Shown piece by piece: positions 21,906 to 31,586 of a DNA stretch of 64,000 nt (the first letter of the stretch is position 1; each line of letters starts with the position of its first letter). A program made the translations under genes and the position numbers. The stretch is from Methanomethylovorans hollandica DSM 15978 (lineage in GTDB: Archaea; Halobacteriota; Methanosarcinia; Methanosarcinales; Methanosarcinaceae). A model generated the notes under the pieces. That model was not told the DNA's origin, ran no database searches, and saw only the letters and a list, made by a program, of their open reading frames with translations. The DNA lies in contig NC_019977.1 in NCBI RefSeq assembly GCF_000328665.1, positions 930,001 to 994,000 on the forward strand, in the 5' to 3' direction.

Positions 21906-21929
21906 AATGTCATTAGAACTCAAGGAGAT

Positions 21930-22058
21930 ATGAAGATGTTTGGAATAAATGACCCGCAGATATGGCTGGCATATCTGCTCAGTGTGCTAAGTGCTCTGGG
22001 CTGCATAATATATGGACTGATGCACTGGAATGACAAAGACCCTCTGGAGGAAAGCTGA
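21930..22058 (+). CDS. Symporter small accessory membrane protein (copy 1, not in ORF track)
   Basis: MKMFGINDPQIWLAYLLSVLSALGCIIYGLMHWNDKDPLEES; AAGGAG RBS; TGATG overlap with the symporter. Confidence 0.88.
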   Translation: MKMFGINDPQIWLAYLLSVLSALGCIIYGLMHWNDKDPLEES

Positions 22059-23641
22059 TGGCAAGCACTATAGTTCTTGGAATTGCTGTACTCATTTACC
22101 TTATGCTTACCTGCTATTGCGGATGGATGGGGTACAAACATACTAAAAGCACCGATGATTTCATGGTGGGAGGAAGGAAGGTAAATCCTTTCGTGCTGGC
22201 GCTGTCCTATGGAGCTGCTTTTATAAGCACTTCAGCTATAATTGGTTTTGGAGGATATGCCGGTGCCTTTGGAATGGGAATATTATGGCTCGTATTCCTG
22301 AATATTTTTATTGGAATATTCATTGCATTTATCGTGTTCGGCTCAAGGACAAGAAGAATGGGAGTAAATTTAAAAGCCGTTACTTTTCCTGAACTTATAG
22401 GTAAAAGGTTCCAATCCCGCTTTATCCAGGGCTTTTCAGGCCTTTTAATAGCCATATTTATGCCTATATATACAAGTGGCGTGCTTATCGGCGGGGCCCG
22501 TTTCATGGAAACTGCCCTTGGTATTGACTATAATACATCTGTGCTTATGCTTACAATAATAACTGCAGCTTATGTGATCACAGGTGGCCTCCTGGCTGTG
22601 ATGTACACAGACGCAATGCAGGGAATTCTTATGTTTGTAGGCATGGCAATTCTCATGATACTGACCTACCGAAATCTTGGAGGTGTAGTCGAAGCGCATC
22701 AGGCACTCACCAATCTTGCGTATCTTGTACCTGAAACCATGGCACAACAAGGACACAATGGCTGGACTTCAATGCCCACCTTTGGCTCCCCTATATGGTG
22801 GACCCTTGTTTCTACAATCATTCTCGGAGTGGGAATCGGAACGCTTGCCCAGCCTCAGCTGGCTGTTAGGTTCATGACTGTTAAAAATACTACTTCACTG
22901 AAAAGAGCAGTACTGTCAGGTGGGCCTTTTATCTTCATGATGGTTGGAGTCGCCTATGTGGTTGGAGCTCTCTCCAATGTGTATTTCTTCAATAACAAAG
23001 GCATGTTAGCATTTGATGTGGCTGGGGGGAACATTGATAAGATCATGCCTGAGTATATCAACAGCGCAATGCCCGAAATATTTGTTGTCTTTTTTATGCT
23101 CACCCTTCTTGCCGCCGCCATGTCAACCCTCAGTTCACTATTCCATAACATGGGTACAGCCATAGGCCACGACCTATATAGAGAATACATAATGCATGGG
23201 AAAATCGGACATACAATAAGCATTACAAAATTGGGTATTGCTTTTACTATTATAATAAGCGTTATTCTAGCTTATGTCCTCCCCATAGGCATCATTGCCA
23301 GAGCAACAGCTATATTTTTTGGTTTGACAGCTGCTGCTTTCCTGCCCATGTACGCGGGCGCAATATTCTGGAAGCGCATGACAAAGGAAGGAGCAGTAGC
23401 CAGTATGCTTGTAGGTACTTTCAGCAGCCTTTTCTGGCTTACTTTCGTACATGCCAAAGAAGCTAGCGCACTGGGAATAAGCCAGGCGATCTTCGGCCAG
23501 ACAACATTACTTACAGGCACATGGACATTGGTGGACCCTATACTTGTAGCTACACCTATTTCAGTGCTTGTTGCTATAGTTATCAGCCTTCTCACAGAAC
23601 CTGCACCAAAAGAACATATAGAGAAGTGCTTTGGAAAATAA
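22058..23641 (+). CDS. Sodium:solute symporter (SSS family), copy 1
   Basis: DFMVGGR, ALSYGAAFISTS, YTDAMQG, QPQLAVRF, AAAMSTLSS; multi-TM. Confidence 0.95.
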   Translation: MASTIVLGIAVLIYLMLTCYCGWMGYKHTKSTDDFMVGGRKVNPFVLALSYGAAFISTSAIIGFGGYAGAFGMGILWLVFLNIFIGIFIAFIVFGSRTRRMGVNLKAVTFPELIGKRFQSRFIQGFSGLLIAIFMPIYTSGVLIGGARFMETALGIDYNTSVLMLTIITAAYVITGGLLAVMYTDAMQGILMFVGMAILMILTYRNLGGVVEAHQALTNLAYLVPETMAQQGHNGWTSMPTFGSPIWWTLVSTIILGVGIGTLAQPQLAVRFMTVKNTTSLKRAVLSGGPFIFMMVGVAYVVGALSNVYFFNNKGMLAFDVAGGNIDKIMPEYINSAMPEIFVVFFMLTLLAAAMSTLSSLFHNMGTAIGHDLYREYIMHGKIGHTISITKLGIAFTIIISVILAYVLPIGIIARATAIFFGLTAAAFLPMYAGAIFWKRMTKEGAVASMLVGTFSSLFWLTFVHAKEASALGISQAIFGQTTLLTGTWTLVDPILVATPISVLVAIVISLLTEPAPKEHIEKCFGK

Positions 23642-23730
23642 GAGGAAGCTACTATTTTATTTTTTGTAGCTACTATTTTTTATTTTTTCTTATTATTTAG
23701 GCGATAATGTATACTGAACCACAGGTATAA

Positions 23731-23761
23731 TCGAAAGGTTAAATAATGAGTCGTGCTAACA
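23731..23761 (+). promoter_or_regulatory. Promoter/operator block shared by both symporter units (copy 2)
   Basis: tcgaaaggttaaataatgagtcgtgctaaca. Confidence 0.7.
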
Positions 23762-23813
23762 TATAGCACATATATTTTTCATTATTAATCAATATAGAAA
23801 GAGATGACCCAAA

Positions 23814-23939
23814 ATGCTTGGAATAGATGACCCGCAGATCTGGGTGGTATACTTACTGTGCATTCTCAGTGCCATAGGCTGCATGATATATGGTGCTTTG
23901 AAGTGGAATACGGGTACTGAAGATGAGGACGTGCAATGA
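23814..23939 (+). CDS. Symporter small accessory membrane protein (copy 2, not in ORF track)
   Basis: MLGIDDPQIWVVYLLCILSAIGCMIYGALKWNTGTEDEDVQ; paralog of 21930-22058; overlaps the symporter start. Confidence 0.88.
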   Translation: MLGIDDPQIWVVYLLCILSAIGCMIYGALKWNTGTEDEDVQ

Positions 23940-25531
23940 TGGTTTTGAACACTGCGATTCTGGGAATCACTGTACTTATCTACCTGATGATAATTTTCTA
24001 TCTTGGGTGGCTGGGATACAAGAGAACGAAAGGAATTGATGATTATATGGTAGCAGGCAGGAATATACATCCATATATTCTTGCACTTTCATATGGGGCT
24101 ACTTTCATCAGCACATCTGCAATAGTAGGTTTCGGAGGCGCCGCTGGTGCTCTTGGAATGGGACTTTTATGGCTCGCCCTGATGAACATTATAGTGGGAA
24201 TATTCATTGCTTTTGTCGTTTTCGGCTCAAGAACACGCAAGATGGGAAAGAACCTACAGGCTGTTACATTCCCTGAACTGCTTGGCAGACGTTTCGATTC
24301 AAGGTTCATACAGGGTTTTGCAGGAATTCTGATCGGTATATTCATGCCCCTCTATACAGGAATAGTGCTCATCGGAGGTGCCCGTTTCGTAGAGACCACC
24401 CTTGGGATCAACTATGATGTTGCACTGATGATCCTGACCATCATCGTCGCAGCATATGTGATCACTGGAGGGCTCATTGCGGTCATGTACACGGATGCTT
24501 TGCAGGGCACACTCATGTTCATAGGCATGGCGATCTTGCTCGTCTTTACCTACATCAGACTTGGAGGTGTAGTTGAGGCACATCAGGCTCTGACAAACAT
24601 GGCACACCTGGTACCTGAAAGTCTTGTAAAGGGAGGGCACATGGGGTGGACAGCCATGCCTGCCTTTGGTACACCTATCTGGTGGAACCTGGTTTCTACA
24701 CTGGTGCTTGGTGTGGGAATTGGGGTGCTGGCACAACCTCAGCTAGTAGTAAGGTTCATGACGGTAAAGGATGACAAAGCCCTTAACAGAGCTGTTTTCG
24801 TCGGCGGTCCGTTCATTCTGATGATGACAGGTGTAGCCTTCACGGTCGGTGCACTTTCAAACGCATATTTTTTCCAGAAAAAGGATATGATATCACTTGC
24901 AGTCGCCGGAGGGAACACGGACCTTATCATCCCGGAGTTCATCAATAGTGCTATGCCCGAAATGTTTGTTGTTCTTTTTATGCTCGTACTGCTTGCAGCA
25001 GCCATGTCCACCCTTAGTTCCCAGTACCATACCATGGGAACTGCAATAGGACATGATTTTTACAGACAGTACGTTAAAAAAGGAAAAATCAGCCATACTG
25101 TCGATGTCACCAAAATTGGTATCGCACTAACCATCCTTGCAAGCGTGGTGCTGGCCTATGTATTACCAATAAGTATCATTGCCCCAGCAACAGCCATTTT
25201 CTTCGGATTGTGTGCAGCTGCTTTCCTGCCCATGTACATTGGGGCCATATTCTGGAAACGCATGACTAAAGAAGGAGCAATAGCCAGTATGCTGGTAGGT
25301 ACCTTGAGTAGTCTAAGCTGGATTGCATTCGTACATGCAAAAGAAGCAGCTCCTCTTGGGATAAGCCAGGCTCTCTTTGGTAAAGCAACATTGCTTACAG
25401 GGACATGGACGGTCGTAGACCCTATCCTGGTAGCTACACCTCTTGCTATGCTCACGGCTATTGTAGTGAGCTTAGCCACACGCCCTGGGGCCACAGAACA
25501 CCTGGAGAAATGTTTTCATAATATCAAATGA
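23936..25531 (+). CDS. Sodium:solute symporter (SSS family), copy 2
   Basis: Close paralog of 22058-23641 with the same SSS motifs. Confidence 0.95.
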   Translation: MMVLNTAILGITVLIYLMIIFYLGWLGYKRTKGIDDYMVAGRNIHPYILALSYGATFISTSAIVGFGGAAGALGMGLLWLALMNIIVGIFIAFVVFGSRTRKMGKNLQAVTFPELLGRRFDSRFIQGFAGILIGIFMPLYTGIVLIGGARFVETTLGINYDVALMILTIIVAAYVITGGLIAVMYTDALQGTLMFIGMAILLVFTYIRLGGVVEAHQALTNMAHLVPESLVKGGHMGWTAMPAFGTPIWWNLVSTLVLGVGIGVLAQPQLVVRFMTVKDDKALNRAVFVGGPFILMMTGVAFTVGALSNAYFFQKKDMISLAVAGGNTDLIIPEFINSAMPEMFVVLFMLVLLAAAMSTLSSQYHTMGTAIGHDFYRQYVKKGKISHTVDVTKIGIALTILASVVLAYVLPISIIAPATAIFFGLCAAAFLPMYIGAIFWKRMTKEGAIASMLVGTLSSLSWIAFVHAKEAAPLGISQALFGKATLLTGTWTVVDPILVATPLAMLTAIVVSLATRPGATEHLEKCFHNIK

Positions 25532-25806
25532 TATGCGAGCAACCATATCATCAACTTTTTTTATAAAAAAATAGACAGGTCCATTGAAAATGAAAAGAAT
25601 TGCCTGGAGAAAGGATTATTTTTAAAACGCCGCAGAAAAATCAGTATTAGCATTTGTATCAGGCGCAACATAGTACCCTTAATAAGGCAAAAGCCGTATG
25701 ACGAGAACTAGAGGGGATATTTAATATAATAATGTTCGACTTTTGCCAGCTTATCTTCGGTACTAATTATATATAAACGTGATCCTCGTCCTCTTGTAAA
25801 TTTATC

Positions 25807-26499
25807 TCACAGATCCAGTACATCTCCAGTGTTCATTATCAGCACTTTGGTTTCACATGAACCCATAACTTTGTTCATGAAATCCAGAGGATCCTGCGCG
25901 ATCACATCAAATGTGTTATAATGCATGGGTATTGCTATTTTGGGGCGTATAAGGGCCACAGCTCTGGCCGCATCTTCTGGATCCATTGTGTATCTGCCTC
26001 CAATAGGCAACAACGCCACATCCGGCTTGTATATATCCTCGATAAGCTGCATATCTGCGAAAAGACCAGTATCTCCGGCATGATAGATGGAACAACCGTT
26101 CATCTGTACAATGAATCCTGCAGCTCTGCCCGCATACAAGCTTAAACCTGCATGTGATACTGATGAAGAGTGATTGGCATCTGTCATTACCACTGACATA
26201 CCATTGACATTCATCCTGCCTCCTATGTTCATGCCTTCGGCTGTCACATTCTGGGATTTAAGGTATTGAGCCAGCTCATGCACTGCAATAACTTTACATC
26301 CTGTCCTGTGTGCTATCTCAATTGTATCCCCCAGATGATCAAAATGACCATGGGTAACAAGTATAAGATGCGCTTCCACATCTTCAGGGAGTATTTTTGC
26401 CTTTGGGTTACCTCTGAAAAAAGGATCAATAAACACATTTATGCTAGCCTTTATCTCAAAACAGGCATGTCCATGCCATATCAATTGGATCCCATACAT
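25807..26499 (-). CDS. Metallo-beta-lactamase-fold hydrolase (UPF0173-like)
   Basis: WHGHACF, IDPF, THGHFDH, YHAGDT, IPMHYNTF. Confidence 0.9.
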   Translation of the reverse strand: MYGIQLIWHGHACFEIKASINVFIDPFFRGNPKAKILPEDVEAHLILVTHGHFDHLGDTIEIAHRTGCKVIAVHELAQYLKSQNVTAEGMNIGGRMNVNGMSVVMTDANHSSSVSHAGLSLYAGRAAGFIVQMNGCSIYHAGDTGLFADMQLIEDIYKPDVALLPIGGRYTMDPEDAARAVALIRPKIAIPMHYNTFDVIAQDPLDFMNKVMGSCETKVLIMNTGDVLDL

Positions 26500-26577
26500 A
26501 AGATAATAGAATATGTTCTCAGACTAATATATTCCGTGTGGGATCATTATTACGTATAAGCGATATTAGAGAGGATC

Positions 26578-27732
26578 ATGGAAATAGGACTGGTGATACA
26601 TGGTCCGGAAGCGATCGATTCCGGACAGGCCAGGAAGATAATCAAGGTCTTAAGCGCAAAAGGTAATGTTACAGCCATGATTGCAGGCACTATGGGCAAG
26701 ACTGCTGTCATAGATGCACACATGGAAAAAGTAATTGACATAAGCAGAAGCTTCAAACCAAGTGACTGCATAGAAAAATGCATTGACACAAAAGATGTGA
26801 TCTACCTGTTAAACCATGGAAAGAACCTGCAAACAGGAATAGCATTTGCAGGGATCGTTATTTCTCGCCTTAACAGAAAGGATGATAAGCCTATAGTTCA
26901 CATCGAAAGACCTGGCAGTTCGGATGGTGCCGTAATTCCATGGAATGATCTTGCCCTTGAGTATGCAAAGATCATTGCCACTGAACTTAACCTTTCCATT
27001 ATTTTAGCGTCAGAAAGAGATAAAAAAGCTGTATTAGATACAGAAGGAAACCAGGTCATAAGACACCTGGCCGGAGTGCAGCCCGGAGAGAATATACTTG
27101 TCAATGGGCTAGTAGTGGGCTATGCAACCTCCTGTGAAGTTAGCATCGTTACGGAGAATGGTTATATCACCCATATCATTGGAGGCACTCTAAAGAAGCA
27201 TGGTGTGGAAAAACTGCATAATTATGAACATCTGGTTCCTGTGGACCTTAAAACAGCCTGGGTGAAAAGTGGAAGGCTACGCTCTGGCAATTTCAAAGCG
27301 CGTACACTGCGATCCTGCGAACTGGGAGCCCTTGTAAGGAACAGAAGAGAGAAGGGGACTGAAAAGGGAATAAATGCAGTGATAGTTGATCATGCGGCAG
27401 AAAAAGTATTTGACATCGCACCGGGAGCAGATGTTGCCGTAACCATAGGAGATGATACCACCATCCTAGCAGCAGACATACTGTACAGGCTGAGCATACC
27501 GATCATTGGAATAACTGATGGAGATCCGGATGGTGTATCCCATAGAACACATATATTTCCAGGTTCAAGTATCCTGAGACTAATACCAGATAGCGATGAC
27601 GTGATAGGCAGAAAAATCGTTTCTAACGTGTTCATGAATAAAAAGAGCATGAACTTCAAAAGCTTCCAGGAGTTGAAAGACATGGTCATACATCAGGCTT
27701 TTGATGCCATTAAATATATAAACGAATATTAA
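26578..27732 (+). CDS. DUF2117-like methanogen protein
   Basis: IGLVIHGPEAIDSG, GTMGKTAVIDA, TIGDDTT, GITDGD. Confidence 0.75.
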   Translation: MEIGLVIHGPEAIDSGQARKIIKVLSAKGNVTAMIAGTMGKTAVIDAHMEKVIDISRSFKPSDCIEKCIDTKDVIYLLNHGKNLQTGIAFAGIVISRLNRKDDKPIVHIERPGSSDGAVIPWNDLALEYAKIIATELNLSIILASERDKKAVLDTEGNQVIRHLAGVQPGENILVNGLVVGYATSCEVSIVTENGYITHIIGGTLKKHGVEKLHNYEHLVPVDLKTAWVKSGRLRSGNFKARTLRSCELGALVRNRREKGTEKGINAVIVDHAAEKVFDIAPGADVAVTIGDDTTILAADILYRLSIPIIGITDGDPDGVSHRTHIFPGSSILRLIPDSDDVIGRKIVSNVFMNKKSMNFKSFQELKDMVIHQAFDAIKYINEY

Positions 27733-27840
27733 ACATCCTGTCCTTCAAAAAGTCCGGCTATAAAAGTTTAAATATAATAATGTTCATACTATCAAGTAGA
27801 TCTCATGAAAGAGATAGAAACATAGAATAAGGGGTTATTT

Positions 27841-28224
27841 ATGAAGGACTTTGAAGTAAAAATATTGGACGACACCGACTATCGGTTCATAGATGCATTG
27901 AAGAACCTGGGAATGTCAAGAAACGTTGCAACAACGCTGACATATCTTTCAAACGTAAGAGAGGCTTCATCCCAGGAGATAGAAATGAGCACAGGCCTAA
28001 GGCAGCCTGAAGTAAGCGTGGCAATGAGGCAGATGCGTGAAAAGCACTGGATCAGCGTGCACAATAAGAAGGCTGTTGGAAAGGGCAGGCCAACGAAGAT
28101 CTACACTCTTAATGCTCCGATCGAAGAGATAATCAAGCACTACGAGGAAAAGATAATAGAAGATACGAAGACAACAATGATAGCCATCAAGAAGCTGAAG
28201 ACAATAAGCAAAGGGATGGAGTAA
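27841..28224 (+). CDS. Winged-HTH transcriptional regulator (COG4738-like)
   Basis: SQEIEMSTGLRQPEVSVAMR helix-turn-helix and GKGRPTKIY wing. Confidence 0.85.
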   Translation: MKDFEVKILDDTDYRFIDALKNLGMSRNVATTLTYLSNVREASSQEIEMSTGLRQPEVSVAMRQMREKHWISVHNKKAVGKGRPTKIYTLNAPIEEIIKHYEEKIIEDTKTTMIAIKKLKTISKGME

Positions 28225-28639
28225 ACTTTCGTCCCTTTAGTTCAGAAATTTTCTCAAAGCTGAAGGGCCTGAAGGGCCTTCATTGAAAAATTACAAATAT
28301 TTAGATTTAATTTTTATATCTTTTCATGCATATCTTTTCAATTGCTTGTAATGGAAAGTCTATTGAGTTTTTTAGTTCATTAAGTCCATTAAATTGTTCG
28401 AATAGACAGAATATTACTTATTTTCTCAGACGAATCCCATATTTCTAATGAATTTAAGCCATACATCTTGTACACAAGAAGAATAGGATGTCCGTAAAAA
28501 GACACATGCCTTATTCATATATATACAGACACTAATATAATTTATAGCAATACTATTTTCATGGAGCTGCCATAATTATTAGAGTACCCGATATATTTTC
28601 CTGGTCTGAGAGTAGTGATAATAAATTATTCATTGCTGG

Positions 28640-29038
28640 ACTGAGATCATTATAGGATTTAATATAAGCACCTCATGAATAAAGCAAACAGGAGTAGTTC
28701 CAGAAAATAGAAGGCTTCTTAGATTTAATGGAACTGTATGGGAAGTATTGCCCACTCATGTATAAAGCAATGGCATTGAATATGTAATGTTCGAGTCTCA
28801 GATCCCGGGATTCTCACCTTTTACAATAATTGTTGAAAAAGCAGTTGAAGCTGTGTTTGTTCCATCTGTCACTGCTGATAATGAGCCGGCACCAGTTCAA
28901 ACAAGACAGCAAATTGAAAATGTCGATAAGGAACGGATACAGACAGAAAGATCAAATATATAGATATTGGTCCTGATCCTCCTCCTGGCAGGAATATTTG
29001 CAGTATGAGCTGAATATCTTAAGAAAGAGGATAACTGA
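28640..29038 (+). pseudogene. Decayed PGF-pre-PGF domain surface protein (C-terminal remnant)
   Basis: One frame reads IIIGFNISTS*IKQTGV..LLRFNGTVWEVLPTHV*SNGIEYVMFESQIPGFSPFTI..linker..*ILVLILLLAGIFAV*AEYLKKEDN; in-frame stops at 28676, 28763, 28961, 29006. Confidence 0.75.
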
Positions 29039-29155
29039 GTCTGTTGAATTTACTGCATTAGATCGGATGATCTGAAATAACTCGGGATAAGATAGAGTAT
29101 GATAATATAAGAAACACTAAACGCATGGATATATGAAAAATAAATTAATTTTTTT

Positions 29156-30430
29156 GGTTCTCTTCAACATCGTGTGGGTAATGTCAATTTTCCCGCCATC
29201 AGATAGATCATGGTATTCCTGTATTTTTCTGTCTTTAGGCCATAAGATCTTTTAAAAGCAGTTTTAATTTTATTGTTTAGTCCCTCTACAGCTCCATTGT
29301 TTAGACCGTTCTTCATTGCTTCAAGAATTCCCTGCGCATGTTTTTTGATCGCTTTTGACACTGAACTTATCTCTGGGATATTGCTATGGGTTCCCCAATA
29401 ATGCCATTTATCAAGGTATTCCCTTGCTATTGATGTCTCTTTTATTGTCCACAATCTTTGAAGGGCCAATCTAAACTGGTATGCTTTAGCAGTTTTTGTA
29501 TCAAGGTTCTTGATGGCTTCCATGAGAACGTTTTCTTTCTCTGACAATCTATCAGGGTTCTTTAACCACATAAACCTGGTATTCTTAAGAACATAGTTTT
29601 CTTTTGATTCAGTTCTTCTAACTCTATCAACTGAATCATTCATCATCTTTATCACATGGAACTTATCAAAAACGATTGTAGCTTTTGGGAAATACTCCCT
29701 GGCTCCACTTTTGAATGCAGGATACATATCCATAGATATGTATTGGATCTGTTCGTGATCTACCTTGCCAGCGATCTCTGTTCTGAATTTTTGGAACACA
29801 TCTTTTCCTTTTCCATTTTCGATGTGTATGACTCTTGCTTCTTCCATATCATAGAACAAAGTGACGTAGTTATGGCCCTTTTTAACAGCTATCTCGTCTA
29901 CTCCGATCGTTTTAATATATGATATATCCCTTTCTTCTTTTGCTTTGTCTACATAATGACTAAGTATTCTCCACACAGAATCCTCATGAATATGTACAAT
30001 ATCAGCTACAGAAGCTACTGGCATTTCTTTGCACATAGCAACGATCAATGCTTCAAAGAACAAGGTAAATCCAGTGTTCTGTCTGGTCCATGGAAGATCG
30101 ATCAACTTCACACCATGTCCATTACACTTTATTCTGGGAACCTTTGCATGTAGATAGGTTTCGTAATGGAAGAAATCCAGGTGTCTCCATACTCTTTCTT
30201 TTGTATCATGAATAGGGCATAAATCATTACATACAGGACAGAGAAATTTGCTTCCTTTTATAAAATCAAGGTAAATATCCATCCTTTTCTTAGAAGTATC
30301 GAGATTTAGTTCTTTTACAAACCAGGGAGGAATTATTCCCAGAGCAAGTTGAATGAGGTCTTTGTCTTCCATTAAAAAGGGTTTAGATGAATTAACATAT
30401 TAATTTACCCACTCAATGTTGTGGAGATCC
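29156..30430 (-). mobile_element. ISL3-family insertion sequence, about 1275 bp
   Basis: 24-bp imperfect terminal IRs (ggttctcttcaacatcgtgtgggt / rc ggatctccacaacattgagtgggt, 19/24) enclosing an intact transposase. Confidence 0.92.
29164..30372 (-). CDS. ISL3-family transposase
   Basis: CPVC zinc finger, WRHLD, IGVDE, SMDM, FDKFHV, NGAVEGLNNKIK. Confidence 0.95.
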   Translation of the reverse strand: MEDKDLIQLALGIIPPWFVKELNLDTSKKRMDIYLDFIKGSKFLCPVCNDLCPIHDTKERVWRHLDFFHYETYLHAKVPRIKCNGHGVKLIDLPWTRQNTGFTLFFEALIVAMCKEMPVASVADIVHIHEDSVWRILSHYVDKAKEERDISYIKTIGVDEIAVKKGHNYVTLFYDMEEARVIHIENGKGKDVFQKFRTEIAGKVDHEQIQYISMDMYPAFKSGAREYFPKATIVFDKFHVIKMMNDSVDRVRRTESKENYVLKNTRFMWLKNPDRLSEKENVLMEAIKNLDTKTAKAYQFRLALQRLWTIKETSIAREYLDKWHYWGTHSNIPEISSVSKAIKKHAQGILEAMKNGLNNGAVEGLNNKIKTAFKRSYGLKTEKYRNTMIYLMAGKLTLPTRC

Positions 30431-30435
30431 ACTTT

Positions 30436-30469
30436 TTCTTATTCAGGCATTGTTCTTATTCAGGTATTG
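30436..30469. repeat. 17-bp tandem duplication at the 3' end of the NYN gene
   Basis: ttcttattcaggcattg / ttcttattcaggtattg. Confidence 0.8.
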
Positions 30470-31019
30470 CCTCTACTTCTCCAGGATGTTGTGACTTTTC
30501 AGGAGCATTTGTATAAAAATCTTCGCCATAGAAGTTCATCTTATTGTTCTCAAGTATGATCACGTAATCTGCAGAGTTCCTCAGAGCAGCAGAGAAACCG
30601 GGTTCCACTCCAAAAAGAATGGTCTCTTTTCCGTGCTCGTTAGCCTTGCTTAAGAGAGGTTTAAAATCAGCATCCCTTGTGACAAGGGCCAGCGTATCAA
30701 TAGTAGGATTAAAAACAAGTTCCATTCCTTCCACTGCGAGACGCACATCGACATCACTCGAACATATGATCGGCTCGAAACCATTGTTTTCAATGGCCTC
30801 TACTAGTTTATCAGAGGCATACTGATTGAGGAAGACCCTGCCTATTTTCACATTGCCATACTCTTTGAGCACATCCCTGATCTCTTCGAGGTTTACATTG
30901 AACTCCTTACGAAGGACATTAGGTCCGTCAACAAGAAGACCTATCCTGCGCCTTCCTACTTCTTTTTTTGTGCTGAGGTATTTGACAATGGAATTTAATC
31001 CAGTCTTTACGTTCTGCAT
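30456..31019 (-). CDS. NYN domain protein (TIGR00288-like)
   Basis: LLVDGPN, DVDVRLAVE, TRDADFKP, ALRNSAD. Confidence 0.9.
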   Translation of the reverse strand: MQNVKTGLNSIVKYLSTKKEVGRRRIGLLVDGPNVLRKEFNVNLEEIRDVLKEYGNVKIGRVFLNQYASDKLVEAIENNGFEPIICSSDVDVRLAVEGMELVFNPTIDTLALVTRDADFKPLLSKANEHGKETILFGVEPGFSAALRNSADYVIILENNKMNFYGEDFYTNAPEKSQHPGEVEAIPE

Positions 31020-31041
31020 ATTGTCCTCACTAAAGATATAT

Positions 31042-31080
31042 TGTTACCTTATAATAACCACTGTTACCTTATAATAACCA
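31042..31080. repeat. 20-bp-period tandem duplication in the NYN gene upstream region
   Basis: tgttaccttataataacca-c-tgttaccttataataacca. Confidence 0.9.
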
Positions 31081-31154
31081 TTGAATAGTATTATACTCTA
31101 ATTAAGTTTTATAGTTTTGTGTAGACAAATGATGTCTTTGAAGAGCAATTTTCT

Positions 31155-31586
31155 CTAATTTTCAAGCAGTTTATACATCGAGATTTTTTTAACATCTATT
31201 TCCTCACGTCCTGTTTCCACGAGCATGAAGTAATTGATCATCCACTTGTCCTGGCTTTTGCGTGTATAAACTATCTGTCCTCCCTTTTCAGTAAATTTAT
31301 CAAGAACATCTCTGAATTGACCAAGCTCCATCTCAGAAAGTTCTATGAAACTTATACCTTCAAGTAACCAGTTGTATACTTCAAGAAGGATCACTTCGCG
31401 CACTCTTTTAAGACCCTTGGTGTCCGTGAAGTCCTGTTTATAGACCGTCCTTTTCAGTTCAGGGGACCAGCCAGCAAACACTTCGCGCATATCGATAAAG
31501 GTAATCGGGACAGCTTCACCTTCCAAAGGTCTTGGATAGCTTGTCCTTAAGTGTTTCTGGTCCTCCAGATCACCACCTTCGATCAT
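31155..31586 (-). CDS. Hypothetical protein, 143 aa
   Basis: ORF overlapping the end of the rhomboid gene on the same strand. Confidence 0.7.
   Translation of the reverse strand: MIEGGDLEDQKHLRTSYPRPLEGEAVPITFIDMREVFAGWSPELKRTVYKQDFTDTKGLKRVREVILLEVYNWLLEGISFIELSEMELGQFRDVLDKFTEKGGQIVYTRKSQDKWMINYFMLVETGREEIDVKKISMYKLLEN

Noticed and set aside
28246..28292. ctgaagggc tandem and hairpin after the regulator as a CRISPR or MITE
   Set aside because: Only two short units without spacers; best explained as a terminator hairpin
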